Positions 38,201 to 48,857 of a DNA stretch of 64,000 bases are shown here, piece by piece. Under the pieces are notes generated by a model. It did not search any database and was not told the origin of the DNA. It was given only the letters and a program-made list of their open reading frames with translations. The stretch's first letter is position 1. The number at the start of each line of letters is the position of its first letter. The DNA is from Nitrospirota bacterium. Its GTDB lineage: Bacteria > Nitrospirota > UBA9217. Where the stretch lies: assembly GCA_963845065.1 (NCBI GenBank), contig CAWJQQ010000003.1, positions 224,001 through 288,000 on the forward strand. Direction: 5' to 3'. The position numbers were made by a program, and so were the translations under genes.

Positions 38201-38938
38201 ATGAATCATTCTGCGTCAGACTTGACCAAATCTACTGGACGTTACCTCCTTGTCGTGGACAGCAAAAACACAGATTTGTTTACGTGCACCACGCTCCTTC
38301 AACGGTTCGGTTACCGCGTCTGCACCGCGAATACGTCGGTCCAGGCGCTCAACATGATATCGGTGGCAATCCCTGCCCTTGTCATTGCGGACCTATACCT
38401 CCCGTTAATGACGGGCATTGACCTCAACAGCATGCTAAAGCAGGACCCCCGCACCGCTTCCGTACCAATAATTATTCTCAGGCCTTCCGGAGACGAGAGT
38501 GCGATGCGAAGGTGCCTAGCGCTAAAAATCACCACCCTTCCGAAGCCAGTCCACGTAGAAGACCTCTATTTGGCTGTCCAGAGGGCCATCGAAACCACAC
38601 CGAGATCGAATATCCGCATCGAAACTCGGTTGACAGTATCCGTAAACAACGTCCCGCTCGATTGCATTGAGGGTGAATGTGCCTCGGTTCTGTCCGAGCA
38701 CGGCATATATATCCGCACTCGTGAACCCCATAACCAAAACGAACATATATCCTTGGAGATAAATATCAACGGCCGAGTTATTCCTGTAGAAGCCATGGTC
38801 CTCTACAGCCACCGGCATGATGACGGACCGTTTGCGGAACCTGGCATGGGGCTCAAATTTCTCAACATCGCTCCAGAAGACCATGCCTTCATTAAAGGAT
38901 TCATTCGAGATGATGTCATGAAGGAAGTATCTCCATAA
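38201..38938 (+). CDS. Atypical receiver domain + PilZ domain protein (paralog 2)
   Basis: LVVDSK...LVIADLYLPLMTG...PKP; RSNIR, VLSEHG, EPGMGLKF; GGAGGT SD. Confidence 0.87.
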   Translation: MNHSASDLTKSTGRYLLVVDSKNTDLFTCTTLLQRFGYRVCTANTSVQALNMISVAIPALVIADLYLPLMTGIDLNSMLKQDPRTASVPIIILRPSGDESAMRRCLALKITTLPKPVHVEDLYLAVQRAIETTPRSNIRIETRLTVSVNNVPLDCIEGECASVLSEHGIYIRTREPHNQNEHISLEININGRVIPVEAMVLYSHRHDDGPFAEPGMGLKFLNIAPEDHAFIKGFIRDDVMKEVSP

Positions 38939-38967
38939 GATGCCCTGTCAATAAGTAAAGATATAGT

Positions 38968-39810
38968 ATGGACAGCTGTAGTTTAACTACCATTACTTGC
39001 ATTGTAGGAGAACGGATATTGATTGAAAATAAAATGGTAATTGAAACCGGCTTGTTGGGAACTGATCCGGGACAAAAGATCATTATAGTAGTTGACAGCG
39101 ATTGTGCCAAGCAGTTTTTCACTTGTATTTTGCTACAGCGTCTCAAATATCACGTTTTCCCCGTAAAGACTGCCGAGGAAGCTTTGATGATCATAAAACT
39201 GACCATACCACTCCTGATAATTACGGAAATCACTCTTCCCCAGATGAACGGCATCGAACTCCTTCAAAGCATTAGGCAGAACCCTCGTACGAAAGGAGTT
39301 CCAGTTCTCATCTACACTTCATTGAACTCTTCTTTATATCGCCAGTCTTGTGAACAGGCTGGGTGCGCCGCGTATATTACGCAGCCTGCAGATCATAACC
39401 AACTCTATGAGGCTGTCCAGAGGGTTACAGAACCAAAATCGCGGACACCCCGACGTTTTGTTAGGCTCACTACATCTTTGGATGTGATCGTGGAAGGCGT
39501 CGTTTTACCGGATGGCGGAGAGAAAAAAGAAAAAGTTACGGCGATTTCCGAACATGGGATGTTTGTGATGGCGCAAAATCCGCTGCCTTATGGGTCTACT
39601 TCATCTTTAACACTGTATCTGGACCGATCTTTGGCTTGGGGAATCAGACTTGAGGGGAAGGTCATATACAGTGTGCCTGCAGGTGACCCGGATAAGACAG
39701 TAGGCATGGGTGTCAAGTTCACGCAGATCAGGCCCGAGGATAGGGAGTCGATAAGGCTCTTTATCACAAAAAAATTAATGGAAGGGATTGCCGTGCCTGT
39801 TAAAGAATAA
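38968..39810 (+). CDS. Atypical receiver domain + PilZ domain protein (paralog 3); start probably 39019 or 39034
   Basis: IVVDSD...LIITEITLPQMNG...TQP; RRFVR, AISEHG, GMGVKF. Confidence 0.85.
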   Translation: MDSCSLTTITCIVGERILIENKMVIETGLLGTDPGQKIIIVVDSDCAKQFFTCILLQRLKYHVFPVKTAEEALMIIKLTIPLLIITEITLPQMNGIELLQSIRQNPRTKGVPVLIYTSLNSSLYRQSCEQAGCAAYITQPADHNQLYEAVQRVTEPKSRTPRRFVRLTTSLDVIVEGVVLPDGGEKKEKVTAISEHGMFVMAQNPLPYGSTSSLTLYLDRSLAWGIRLEGKVIYSVPAGDPDKTVGMGVKFTQIRPEDRESIRLFITKKLMEGIAVPVKE

Positions 39811-40023
39811 CAGGAAAGGCACTGTGTTTCTTATAGGATTGCGGACACCCTTACCGCCTGTAATTAGCCCGTCTTCAATATCCTAGAGTAGATACAAAAA
39901 ATGCGCTTTTAAAGAATAGGCTAGTGCATCTGAAGTTGTAATGGTTTATAATAAATATGCTATTTTCCTGATAATGAGACCACAGTCACAATAATGACCT
40001 TATTGCAGGCAGGGGGAAGTAGG

Positions 40024-40794
40024 ATGAACATAACATCATCTTTCAGGGAAAAACGTGGGCACCGCTCGATACTAGTCGTGGGCAATAAGACCCAATCTAT
40101 GCTATCTCTCTGCCTGCTGCTTCGGCGTTTTGAATATAACGTTTCCGAAGCATACACTGTTTCTGAGGCTTTCGAATTAATCGGTACAGCTTCTTATGCA
40201 CTTGTTATTACCGATTTAGTCCTTCCCGACATGAGCGGTATGGACTTCTTCCGTCTACTTAAACAGGCAAGACGTACCGCCTCCATACCTGTCGTAGTCG
40301 TAGTCCCAATGAGCGATGCGGCTGCGGAGAGACGCTGTTATGATACCGGTGCAGCGGGCTGCATTACAAAGCCCATCCAGTCTGAAGAACTCTACCGGGT
40401 AGTTCAGGCGGTCACTGAACCAATACCGCGAGAGAGCATCCGAATCGATGCGCGATCCCCCATAGCTCTGAACAATGAGTCGCTTGAATGTCCCGACAAC
40501 TCTTGTACCATTATATTATCGGAGCACGGTATGTACATACCTACCTACAAACCGTATCCCAGAAACAAACGGATTGCGGTTCGTTTCCATATCAAAGACC
40601 GCGCGATTTCAGCCGAAGGTTCAGTTGTATATAACGACACTAGCGTAGGACAACACAAAGAACCCGGAATTGGGCTTAAATTTGTTAACATCACACCGCA
40701 GGACCAAGAATTTATCAGGAGTTTTATTCGTGATGAAGTTACGCGGGATGTCAAGAAAACATTATCTCTCGAGTTTCACGATCCTTGGCGATGA
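40024..40794 (+). CDS. Atypical receiver domain + PilZ domain protein (paralog 4)
   Basis: LVVGNK...LVITDLVLPDMSG...TKP; RESIR, ILSEHG, EPGIGLKF. Confidence 0.85.
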   Translation: MNITSSFREKRGHRSILVVGNKTQSMLSLCLLLRRFEYNVSEAYTVSEAFELIGTASYALVITDLVLPDMSGMDFFRLLKQARRTASIPVVVVVPMSDAAAERRCYDTGAAGCITKPIQSEELYRVVQAVTEPIPRESIRIDARSPIALNNESLECPDNSCTIILSEHGMYIPTYKPYPRNKRIAVRFHIKDRAISAEGSVVYNDTSVGQHKEPGIGLKFVNITPQDQEFIRSFIRDEVTRDVKKTLSLEFHDPWR

Positions 40795-40937
40795 CCTGGA
40801 ACACGACCAAGGTTAAGACTCTAACTTCGCGTGGCTCAGAGAGAAGCGATCGAGTCTATTTCTGCTAATTTTGCGGAGAGGCCATTATTCCTTACTTCAC
40901 GAACTAAAAAACCTCCGTTAAAGATTGATCAGGAAAC

Positions 40938-41201
40938 TTGATTATCAATTCGCTCTGTACTATCTTCATGATATACGTAAGACAGGCAAAACAAATATTC
41001 GAAGTATCCACGCTAAGCGTGATCATTCTCTCACTTTACAGCGTCGTTTTTCTCAGCCTTATCGGTTTAAGTCACTTCGGGCAATTCGTATACATGGTGA
41101 ATTTCTTTGTCATGATGTTCTCAACTATGAGCTGGATCGTCATATCTTCTTTGATAAAGTGGCAAAAGTGGTACAAACTGGCAATACAAAAAGATTTCTA
41201 G
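40938..41201 (+). CDS. Small hypothetical membrane protein
   Basis: Two hydrophobic segments; competes with an overlapping 112-aa ORF. Confidence 0.35.
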   Translation: MIINSLCTIFMIYVRQAKQIFEVSTLSVIILSLYSVVFLSLIGLSHFGQFVYMVNFFVMMFSTMSWIVISSLIKWQKWYKLAIQKDF

Positions 41202-41241
41202 ATCTGAATCAAGAATGTTTCATATCATTCCGTCAGGATAA

Positions 41242-42837
41242 ATGGCAAAAAAACCTAAACTAAAAGTCGATGGTCTAGATTACGATTACATCATTATAGG
41301 ATCGGGTTTCGGCGGATCTGTGTCGGCTCTTCGATTGACGGAGAAAGGCTACAAGGTCTTGGTTCTTGAAAAGGGAAAGCGGCTAGGAATCCAAGATTTT
41401 CCCCATACGAACTGGAACCTGAAAAAATGGCTTTGGTTGCCGTTGTTTAGTTTCTTCGGTTTTTTCAAGATTACCTGGTTCCGTCATGTCACGATTCTTT
41501 CGGGCGTAGGTGTGGGAGGTGGGTCGCTTGTATATGCAAACACACTGCCCGTACCCAAAAAGGATTTTTTTCAGGCAGCTAGCTGGTCTCATCTCGCTGA
41601 CTGGCAGCAAGAACTTAAAGAATTTTATCTTGTAGCATCGAAGATGCTCGGCACTGTAACATGTCCTCGTCTAGAGAATGGTGACAAATCGCTCCAGATG
41701 CTGGCGAGGCAACTAGGCAAAGAATCCGACTTTGAACCGACGAGAGTTGCGGTTTTCTTCGGTGAACCGGAAAAGTCAGTGCCGGACCCGTACTTTAACG
41801 GGAAAGGGCCCGATCGCAGTGGCTGCACATTTTGTGGCGCGTGCATGATCGGATGTCGCTATAACGCGAAAAATACTCTAGACAAGAACTATCTCTATCT
41901 TGCAGAACAGGGGGGGGCGTTGATCCAACCGGAATCACTTGTCTATGACGTACATCCATTAAGCCAAGAGGATGGTTCTCAGGGATACCAGGTTTTCTGG
42001 CGCTCTTCGACATCGTTGTTCGGGAAACGAAGCTCTGGTACCTGTTCAGGCGTCGTCTTCAGTGGCGGAGTACTCGGAACCGTGAAACTCATGCTAAAGC
42101 TGAAAAAACGGTCGCTACCGAAACTGTCGGATAGGGTCGGGTCGCGCATTCGCACTAACTCGGAGAGTCTTATAGGCGTGACTTCATTTGACAAAGACAG
42201 GGTCTTTTCAGATGGCATTGCCATAAGCTCGATCTTCCACGCAGATGAGCACAGTCACCTTGAACCGGTCCGGTATCCCGCTGGGTCGGGATTCTGGAGG
42301 TTGTTGGGAGCGCCTCTTGTCCATGGACGCAATGTTTTGACCAGACTTCTGAAAGTCATGATCGACCTCATTCTTCACCCCATCAAAAACCTGAAGGTCT
42401 ATTTTGTTCGCGATTGGGCAAAGAGAACACAAATCATGCTTTTCATGCAGACCCTCGACAGCACACTGCGTTTGGAGAAAGGGATCTTCGGTATGAAGAC
42501 CACACCAGAACAGGGGAAACGGCCCACAGCCTTTATCCCTGAAGCAGCTAATCTGGCCAAGAGATACGCTTTGCTAGTAAACGGTAAGCCCACGGTACTC
42601 TTGACGGAAACGATCTTCGGTATCCCTACGACTGCGCATATCCTTGGCGGTGTGATCATGGGTAGTTCGAAGGATGAAGGCGTGATCGACAAAGATAATA
42701 GAGTATTTGGATACGAGAACATGTACGTGTGTGATGGGTCTATGATATCGGCCAACCCGGGCGTGAACCCGTCGCTTACGATCACGGCGTTGTCAGAGCG
42801 GGCAATGAACAAGATCCCGGTGAAGAGTTCGAGTTGA
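41242..42837 (+). CDS. GMC-family oxidoreductase (cholesterol oxidase-like) with a Cys cluster
   Basis: IIGSGFGGSVSA, GVGGGSLVYAN, CTFCGACMIGC, TAHILGG, NPGVNPSLTI. Confidence 0.9.
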   Translation: MAKKPKLKVDGLDYDYIIIGSGFGGSVSALRLTEKGYKVLVLEKGKRLGIQDFPHTNWNLKKWLWLPLFSFFGFFKITWFRHVTILSGVGVGGGSLVYANTLPVPKKDFFQAASWSHLADWQQELKEFYLVASKMLGTVTCPRLENGDKSLQMLARQLGKESDFEPTRVAVFFGEPEKSVPDPYFNGKGPDRSGCTFCGACMIGCRYNAKNTLDKNYLYLAEQGGALIQPESLVYDVHPLSQEDGSQGYQVFWRSSTSLFGKRSSGTCSGVVFSGGVLGTVKLMLKLKKRSLPKLSDRVGSRIRTNSESLIGVTSFDKDRVFSDGIAISSIFHADEHSHLEPVRYPAGSGFWRLLGAPLVHGRNVLTRLLKVMIDLILHPIKNLKVYFVRDWAKRTQIMLFMQTLDSTLRLEKGIFGMKTTPEQGKRPTAFIPEAANLAKRYALLVNGKPTVLLTETIFGIPTTAHILGGVIMGSSKDEGVIDKDNRVFGYENMYVCDGSMISANPGVNPSLTITALSERAMNKIPVKSSS

Positions 42838-42993
42838 ATGAGTTGAGTGAAGACGGATGGAAGTCGTCGAATACTTCACTGTCTTATTATTAACTGATAG
42901 ATTGATCTACTTATATTGATAGCTGTCAACATCCTTACATTTCTTTGCGGGCAAAGAGAACGACTTGGCCGTTTCATAGTAGCGGATGATCCT

Positions 42994-44145
42994 ATGAACA
43001 TAACTTCTCGGTCCCAAAAAATGACGCCATTTTATGTTATGGAACTCCTGGAGAAGGCCCGGGGGATGGAAGCGGAAGGCGAACACATCGTTCACATGGA
43101 GATTGGTGAACCCGACTTCCCCACACCTGGCTCGGTTAAGGAGGCCGCTTTTGATGCACTCAGTAAAGACCGGACCTACTATACCCACAGCTTGGGTCTC
43201 CCTGAACTCAGAAAAAAGATCGCTGATCACTATTTGCAGACCGATAGCATCTCGATTTCACCGGAACGAGTGGTGGTCACGAACGGTACCTCTGGGGCCT
43301 TTCTTCTTCTTTTTTCCGTTCTTCTCGAGAAGGGCAGTACCCTCTCTCTTTCAGATCCCGGATATCCCTGCTATAAAAACTTTGCAGCTCTCTTCGATGC
43401 TGAGGTACGCCCGATACCCGTATCTGCTGAAACACGTTTCGAAGTAACGGAGCAGGAACTTAGCCGAGGCGGCAGTGGACCGGAGCTATTAATCATCTCT
43501 AATCCTGTAAATCCTACGGGCACGGTCTACCGGGAAAACACCCTTGCATCCCTCTATCAATCGCTCTCAAAACGTGGCAGTACCTTTGTGGTAGATGAAA
43601 TTTACCGGGGTATAGTCTATGAGAAGACGGCACGGACCGCACTCACGATTTCCGACCGGATTATTGTGGTTGATGGTTTTTCCAAAGTCTTTGCGATGAC
43701 CGGCTGGAGACTCGGGTGGATGGTTGTGCCCGAGGAACTGGTCCGGCCGATCCAGACCGTGGCACAGAACGTTTTTATCGCTCCGGCAACGCTGTCTCAG
43801 TATGCGGCTCTGAAGGCCTTTGATTGTACTCATGAGATAGAGAGTATGCGAAAGACCTATGAAGAACGCAGAAATTATCTTCTGCCAGAACTCGTCAGAC
43901 TCGGTTTCCGCATACCAATTGTTCCCGAAGGTGCGTTTTATATCTACGCCGGTATTGAGAAGTGGGGCATCGACAGCCATGATTTTGTGAATCGAGCGCT
44001 GTGTGAGGCAAAAGTGGCACTAACACCAGGGTATGATTTTGGATCCTTTCAAGCTGGGCACCATGTGCGCTTCTCCTATGCAATAAGCATTGATAAAATT
44101 AAACTCGGCTGCGAACGGCTCGCAAGATGGCTCAAAACATTCTGA
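42994..44145 (+). CDS. Class I/II PLP-dependent aminotransferase
   Basis: EIGEPDF, NPVNPTG, DEIY, FSKVFAMTGWRLGW. Confidence 0.92.
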   Translation: MNITSRSQKMTPFYVMELLEKARGMEAEGEHIVHMEIGEPDFPTPGSVKEAAFDALSKDRTYYTHSLGLPELRKKIADHYLQTDSISISPERVVVTNGTSGAFLLLFSVLLEKGSTLSLSDPGYPCYKNFAALFDAEVRPIPVSAETRFEVTEQELSRGGSGPELLIISNPVNPTGTVYRENTLASLYQSLSKRGSTFVVDEIYRGIVYEKTARTALTISDRIIVVDGFSKVFAMTGWRLGWMVVPEELVRPIQTVAQNVFIAPATLSQYAALKAFDCTHEIESMRKTYEERRNYLLPELVRLGFRIPIVPEGAFYIYAGIEKWGIDSHDFVNRALCEAKVALTPGYDFGSFQAGHHVRFSYAISIDKIKLGCERLARWLKTF

Positions 44146-44302
44146 AAATATCGTTTGTGTCTTAGGAATAATTTGTTGTTTGAACTTTGACATTTTGAAA
44201 CATAAATTTGTACCCCTATAATAGGTTAAACAAATATAGCAGCTCCCATCAGGAGAGATAGTCGTTCTCTTTGTCATGCATTTTAATCCTAAAGAGGTGT
44301 CT

Positions 44303-44875
44303 ATGGAAAAATTAAAGATATCGATTCAGCTAGGTATTGTCACATTTTTGGTTTGTAGTGCGATGTTGATTGCGGGATGTGGTGTCATGGTCATACCGAA
44401 TAATATTCCACTGATCAAGAACGTAGAAATACCTAAGATGAATGGTGTCACTCTCATCGTTGTTAATGTTGAAAAAGACTCATCCGATTATCAGATTTTA
44501 AACGATAAGGGACAGAACCTTGGTCTTGTCGCGAATAAGCACATGTGGTCAAAAAAGCTTGTTGAATCCTTGGCTGGCGAGCTTGCAAAGCGAGGGGCGT
44601 ATATCAGAGCTAACTCTTCTTTGACGTTGAGTATCGCACTGCCGAAAATCGTATTTAATCAGATTGGAGATATGTACCAGTTCAAAATAGAAACAGAAGT
44701 CTCAACATCGACTGGATGGTCAAAAAATTATATGGGCATTGCAGAAACGGGATTGGGTTACTTCGAGTCGATGAATTCCTTAGTGAATCGGTTGGCCGGC
44801 CTGGCCCTTGGAGATGCGGTTAAGACTATGCTGAATGATGCGGACTTCTTGGCTCAAATATCGGGTAAAAAATAA
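44303..44875 (+). CDS. Hypothetical lipoprotein
   Basis: GAGGT SD, hydrophobic signal with IAGC lipobox. Confidence 0.65.
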   Translation: MEKLKISIQLGIVTFLVCSAMLIAGCGVMVIPNNIPLIKNVEIPKMNGVTLIVVNVEKDSSDYQILNDKGQNLGLVANKHMWSKKLVESLAGELAKRGAYIRANSSLTLSIALPKIVFNQIGDMYQFKIETEVSTSTGWSKNYMGIAETGLGYFESMNSLVNRLAGLALGDAVKTMLNDADFLAQISGKK

Positions 44876-45110
44876 AGTTCTGTCGTTGCAACGATAAATA
44901 AATTTTCGCAACCAAAAGGTTGGAGTTCATAGATTTTGATTCTTTTCCCAGCAGTATAAGGGATGAACTGAAAATAAATGAATAAATAGCTACGCGGCGC
45001 AGTATTGATACAGCATAAATCTATAATGTTCTTGACAATAAAGTATGCTAAAGCTATTATGATAAAATCATCACCGTGTCCAAAGTAACGCTATAAATAA
45101 GGAGGCATGC

Positions 45111-45878
45111 ATGAAAAAACATCTTGTTTTACCATTATTTGCCTTGCTACTGGTTAGCGGTTGCGTTTCTCAATCTACATATGATCTCAAAGCCAACGAG
45201 GCGAAATCACTGAGTGCAAAAACTGATGATCTTCAGACTCAAATAAAAAGCCTCGCCGCGGAAGTGAATGATCTAAAAAAAGAACGCACAGCGCTTCAAG
45301 ATGAAAAGATATCGCTTCAAAAGGATAAGGAATCAATACAAAAGGACAACGCAGAGCTCCAAGATAAAGTCAATCAATTGTCAAAGAAAGCTGAGAAGAC
45401 GGAGCAACTCGAGAAGGCTACCCAGACCTACGAGGATTTGCAGAAAAAGCTTGAGAAGGAGATCCAGGAAGGTCAGGTCCAGATCAAGGAAATGAAAGAC
45501 CGTCTCACAGTGACAATGCTAGACCAGATATTGTTCGCTTCGGGAAGCGCAAAAGTAGGCAAGCAAGGAAAGGCTGTGCTCGCCAAGGTAGTCACTATAT
45601 TGAAAGACGTTAAGGATAAGAGGATCGAGGTTGACGGTTATACAGACAACGTTAAGATTGTGAGCGCGCTCAAGAGCCGATTCCCGACAAACTGGGAACT
45701 TTCTACTGCCCGGGCTACCGAAGTTGTGAGATATCTACAGGAAGAAGGCGGTATCGATCCGCATATTCTTTCCGCTGCAGGTTTTGGAGAGTACCAGCCT
45801 GTAGCTTCAAACGAAACGGAAGAGGGGAGACAAAAAAATAGAAGGATAGAGATAGTGTTGCTACCGCTCTTAAAATAG
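45111..45878 (+). CDS. OmpA/MotB-family lipoprotein with coiled coil
   Basis: VSGC lipobox, coiled coil, ILFASGSA, GYTDN, NWELSTARA, NRRIEI. Confidence 0.9.
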   Translation: MKKHLVLPLFALLLVSGCVSQSTYDLKANEAKSLSAKTDDLQTQIKSLAAEVNDLKKERTALQDEKISLQKDKESIQKDNAELQDKVNQLSKKAEKTEQLEKATQTYEDLQKKLEKEIQEGQVQIKEMKDRLTVTMLDQILFASGSAKVGKQGKAVLAKVVTILKDVKDKRIEVDGYTDNVKIVSALKSRFPTNWELSTARATEVVRYLQEEGGIDPHILSAAGFGEYQPVASNETEEGRQKNRRIEIVLLPLLK

Positions 45879-45914
45879 TTTAACTTCTGCATATGAGGAT
45901 TGGATTTATTACGC

Positions 45915-46553
45915 ATGTTCACCGGCATCATTGAAGAATTGGGAGGGGTCAAAGCACTAAGACGGGATTCAGGTGCAGCACGTCTGACGGTTTCCGCTTT
46001 AACTGTGCTCGATGGCACGGCCCTTGGAGACAGTATCTGCGTGAATGGTGTCTGCCTTACGGTCATTGATATGAGCAAGAACGATTTCTCCGTCGACGTT
46101 GCTGTTGAGACCCTCAATGTTACGAATCTAGGTGATTTGAGAATTGGCACAAAAGTAAATCTTGAAAGAGCACTACAGCTCTCAGCTCGAATCGGCGGCC
46201 ATCTCGTAAGCGGCCACGTTGATGCAGTAGGCCACATCCGCAACAAACGGGAAGAAGGTAACGGATGGCGAATCTCCATCAATGCACCGGATACTGTCCT
46301 TCGCTACGTTATTAAAAAAGGTTCAATCGCCATAGACGGGATTAGTCTCACCGTAGCCGATGTTGAAAAAACAGGCTTTTCCGTTGCCATGATCCCTCAC
46401 ACTGCCAAGCTTACAACACTAGGGTTCAAGTCCGCAGGTGAAAGCGTGAACCTGGAAACGGATCTCATCGGAAAGTACGTTGAACGACTCCTGTCTGGAA
46501 GGGTTGAAGGTGGAGTGAGCCTCGAACTATTAAAGGAAAACGGATTTATTTAA
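45915..46553 (+). CDS. ribE: Riboflavin synthase
   Basis: MFTGIIEE, SICVNGVCLTV, GGHLVSGHVD, KGSIAIDGISLT. Confidence 0.95.
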   Translation: MFTGIIEELGGVKALRRDSGAARLTVSALTVLDGTALGDSICVNGVCLTVIDMSKNDFSVDVAVETLNVTNLGDLRIGTKVNLERALQLSARIGGHLVSGHVDAVGHIRNKREEGNGWRISINAPDTVLRYVIKKGSIAIDGISLTVADVEKTGFSVAMIPHTAKLTTLGFKSAGESVNLETDLIGKYVERLLSGRVEGGVSLELLKENGFI

Positions 46554-46652
46554 GTGGCAGAGTCAAGGTTCAAGAAGAGCGGGCCTGGTACATAAACGAT
46601 CAATTCAACGATTCATGATCTCTATCCCGAGGCCTATTGTATTCCAGAAAGG

Positions 46653-47867
46653 GTGATGTACATGAATTTCAATTCTATTGAAGAAGCTCTTGACGACATA
46701 AAAAAAGGCAAGATGGTCATACTTGTCGACGATGAAGATCGGGAAAATGAAGGGGACCTGACTATGGCGGCGGAGAAGGTGACTCCCGAGGCCATTAATT
46801 TCATGGCTATTCACGGCCGTGGTCTTATCTGCCTCTCGCTTACGCCTGAGCGTGTGGAACATCTCCAACTCCCGTTGATGACCACAGATAACACATCATC
46901 ATTCGGCACGGCGTTCACCATTTCAATCGAGGCTAAGAAAGGTGTGACCACGGGAATCTCTGCTGCCGATCGTGCTACGACGATTAAAGCAGCCATTAAC
47001 CCCAAGGCTCGCCCCGAAGACCTTGCAAGACCGGGGCACGTATTCCCGCTGCGCTCGAAACCAGGAGGCGTACTGCAGCGTACAGGCCAGACCGAGGGAT
47101 CGGTGGACTTGGCGAGACTAGCGGGCTTATATCCTGCCGGAGTAATCTGCGAGATAATGAATGATGACGGCACCATGTCGCGGGTTCCGCAACTCACCGA
47201 GTTCGCAAGGAAACATGGAATGAAAATCGTCACGGTCAAGGACCTCATTGCCTACCGGATTAAAAAAGAATCTCTAGTACGCAGGGTAGCGGTAACAAAG
47301 CTCCCTACCTCTTATGGAAATGAATTTACGGCAATCCTCTATGCCAATGACATTGATTGCCTGAGCCATATAGCTCTTGTCAAGGGGGATATCAAACCAA
47401 ATGATGATGTCATGGTTCGAGTCCATTCTGAATGCCTTACCGGAGATGTGTTTGGATCTCTCCGCTGTGATTGCGGAGAGCAGCTCCATAACGCGATGCA
47501 AATGATCGACGCGGAAGGCAAGGGTGTGATTCTTTATATGCGGCAGGAAGGCCGTGGTATCGGCATAGAGGGCAAGCTCAAGGCGTACGAACTCCAGGAC
47601 ACGGGCAAGGATACCGTTGAGGCGAATCTTGCCCTCGGTTTTAAGGCTGATCTTAGGGACTATGGCGTCGGCGCGCAGATACTTCGCGACCTCGGTGTCC
47701 GTAAGATCAAATTGCTTACTAATAACCCCAAGAAGATTGTAGGACTGGAAGGCTACGGTTTGACCGTGGTAAAACGCGTTCCTATCGAGATGCATCCCCA
47801 TGCAAAAAACCTTCGATACCTCACGGTGAAGAAGAACAAACTCGGGCATCTGCTGGAAAAAGTTTAA
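46653..47867 (+). CDS. ribBA: Bifunctional DHBP synthase / GTP cyclohydrolase II
   Basis: [39 protein letters not shown]. Confidence 0.97.
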   Translation: MMYMNFNSIEEALDDIKKGKMVILVDDEDRENEGDLTMAAEKVTPEAINFMAIHGRGLICLSLTPERVEHLQLPLMTTDNTSSFGTAFTISIEAKKGVTTGISAADRATTIKAAINPKARPEDLARPGHVFPLRSKPGGVLQRTGQTEGSVDLARLAGLYPAGVICEIMNDDGTMSRVPQLTEFARKHGMKIVTVKDLIAYRIKKESLVRRVAVTKLPTSYGNEFTAILYANDIDCLSHIALVKGDIKPNDDVMVRVHSECLTGDVFGSLRCDCGEQLHNAMQMIDAEGKGVILYMRQEGRGIGIEGKLKAYELQDTGKDTVEANLALGFKADLRDYGVGAQILRDLGVRKIKLLTNNPKKIVGLEGYGLTVVKRVPIEMHPHAKNLRYLTVKKNKLGHLLEKV

Positions 47868-47916
47868 GGCTGTTAAGTGTATTGAAAGCCGAGTACATCG
47901 TTCTATGGAGGGATTC

Positions 47917-48387
47917 ATGGCAAGAATAATTCAGGGCGATTTGAGCGGCAAGGGGCTCAAGTTCGGGATCGTTGCCTCGCGGTTTAATGAATTTATCACG
48001 GGCAGGCTATTGGACGGCGCCCTTGATGGACTGCAGCGGCATGGAGTAGCGGACAGCGATGTTGAAATCCTTAAAGTCCCTGGCGCGTATGAGATCCCGC
48101 TTGCAGCCAAAGTGCTGACGCAGTCGAAGAAGTATCATGCCATTATCTGTCTCGGTGCCGTGATCCGCGGAGCCACGCCACACTTCGAATATGTAAGCGC
48201 TGAAGTGAGCAAGGGCGTGGCAGCTGTCTCCTTGGAATCAGGACTGCCGGTTATTTTCGGCGTATTAACTACAGATACGATTGAGCAGGCAATCGAGCGG
48301 GCGGGATCGAAAAGTGGCAACAAGGGCTGGGACTCTGCCCTTGCGGCCATAGAAATGGCGAATCTGATGAAACAGTTTGCAGTATGA
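47917..48387 (+). CDS. ribH: 6,7-dimethyl-8-ribityllumazine synthase
   Basis: [35 protein letters not shown]. Confidence 0.96.
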   Translation: MARIIQGDLSGKGLKFGIVASRFNEFITGRLLDGALDGLQRHGVADSDVEILKVPGAYEIPLAAKVLTQSKKYHAIICLGAVIRGATPHFEYVSAEVSKGVAAVSLESGLPVIFGVLTTDTIEQAIERAGSKSGNKGWDSALAAIEMANLMKQFAV

Positions 48388-48421
48388 ATATATACAAGAA
48401 ATGGCAGCTTGACGGCGGGGT

Positions 48422-48853
48422 ATGAAAAGACGCAAAGCGAGGGAGCACGCGCTCCAGATACTTTTCCAACTCGACTTAAAAAAAGAGAAGCCCTCAGCTG
48501 CTGTCCTGAAGAGTTTTTGGGCAGAATACCAGCCGGATGACGAAGTCAAAGCTTTTGCCGAAGAGATCGTAAAAGGAACATTTAAATACGTAACCAAGAT
48601 AAACGAACTTATTCAGGACTGTGCACAGAACTGGAGCTTGGACCGTATGTCGGTCGTGGACCGCAATGTACTCAGGATGGCGATCTATGAGATCCTCTAT
48701 AGGATGGATATCCCCACCAGTGTAACAATCAACGAAGCAATCGAAATTGCTAAGAAGTACGGTACAGAAGAATCCGGGGCGTTCGTAAACGGTATCCTGG
48801 ATCGTATTGCTAGATTTACCGGAAAACTAGACGAGAGCAGAATCGAGGAGTAG
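48422..48853 (+). CDS. nusB: Transcription antitermination factor NusB
   Basis: RRKAREHALQILF, DRNVLR, INEAIEIAK, FVNGILD. Confidence 0.96.
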   Translation: MKRRKAREHALQILFQLDLKKEKPSAAVLKSFWAEYQPDDEVKAFAEEIVKGTFKYVTKINELIQDCAQNWSLDRMSVVDRNVLRMAIYEILYRMDIPTSVTINEAIEIAKKYGTEESGAFVNGILDRIARFTGKLDESRIEE

Positions 48854-48857
48854 CGGG

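Noticed and set aside
45111..45878. Flagellar stator motB
   Set aside because: It has a lipobox and coiled coil instead of the Asp-containing TM helix, and no motA is adjacent.
45879..45914. FMN riboswitch before the rib operon; likewise a TPP riboswitch before thiE
   Set aside because: The intergenic space is too short (36 bp; thiE abuts accC) and no consensus is present.
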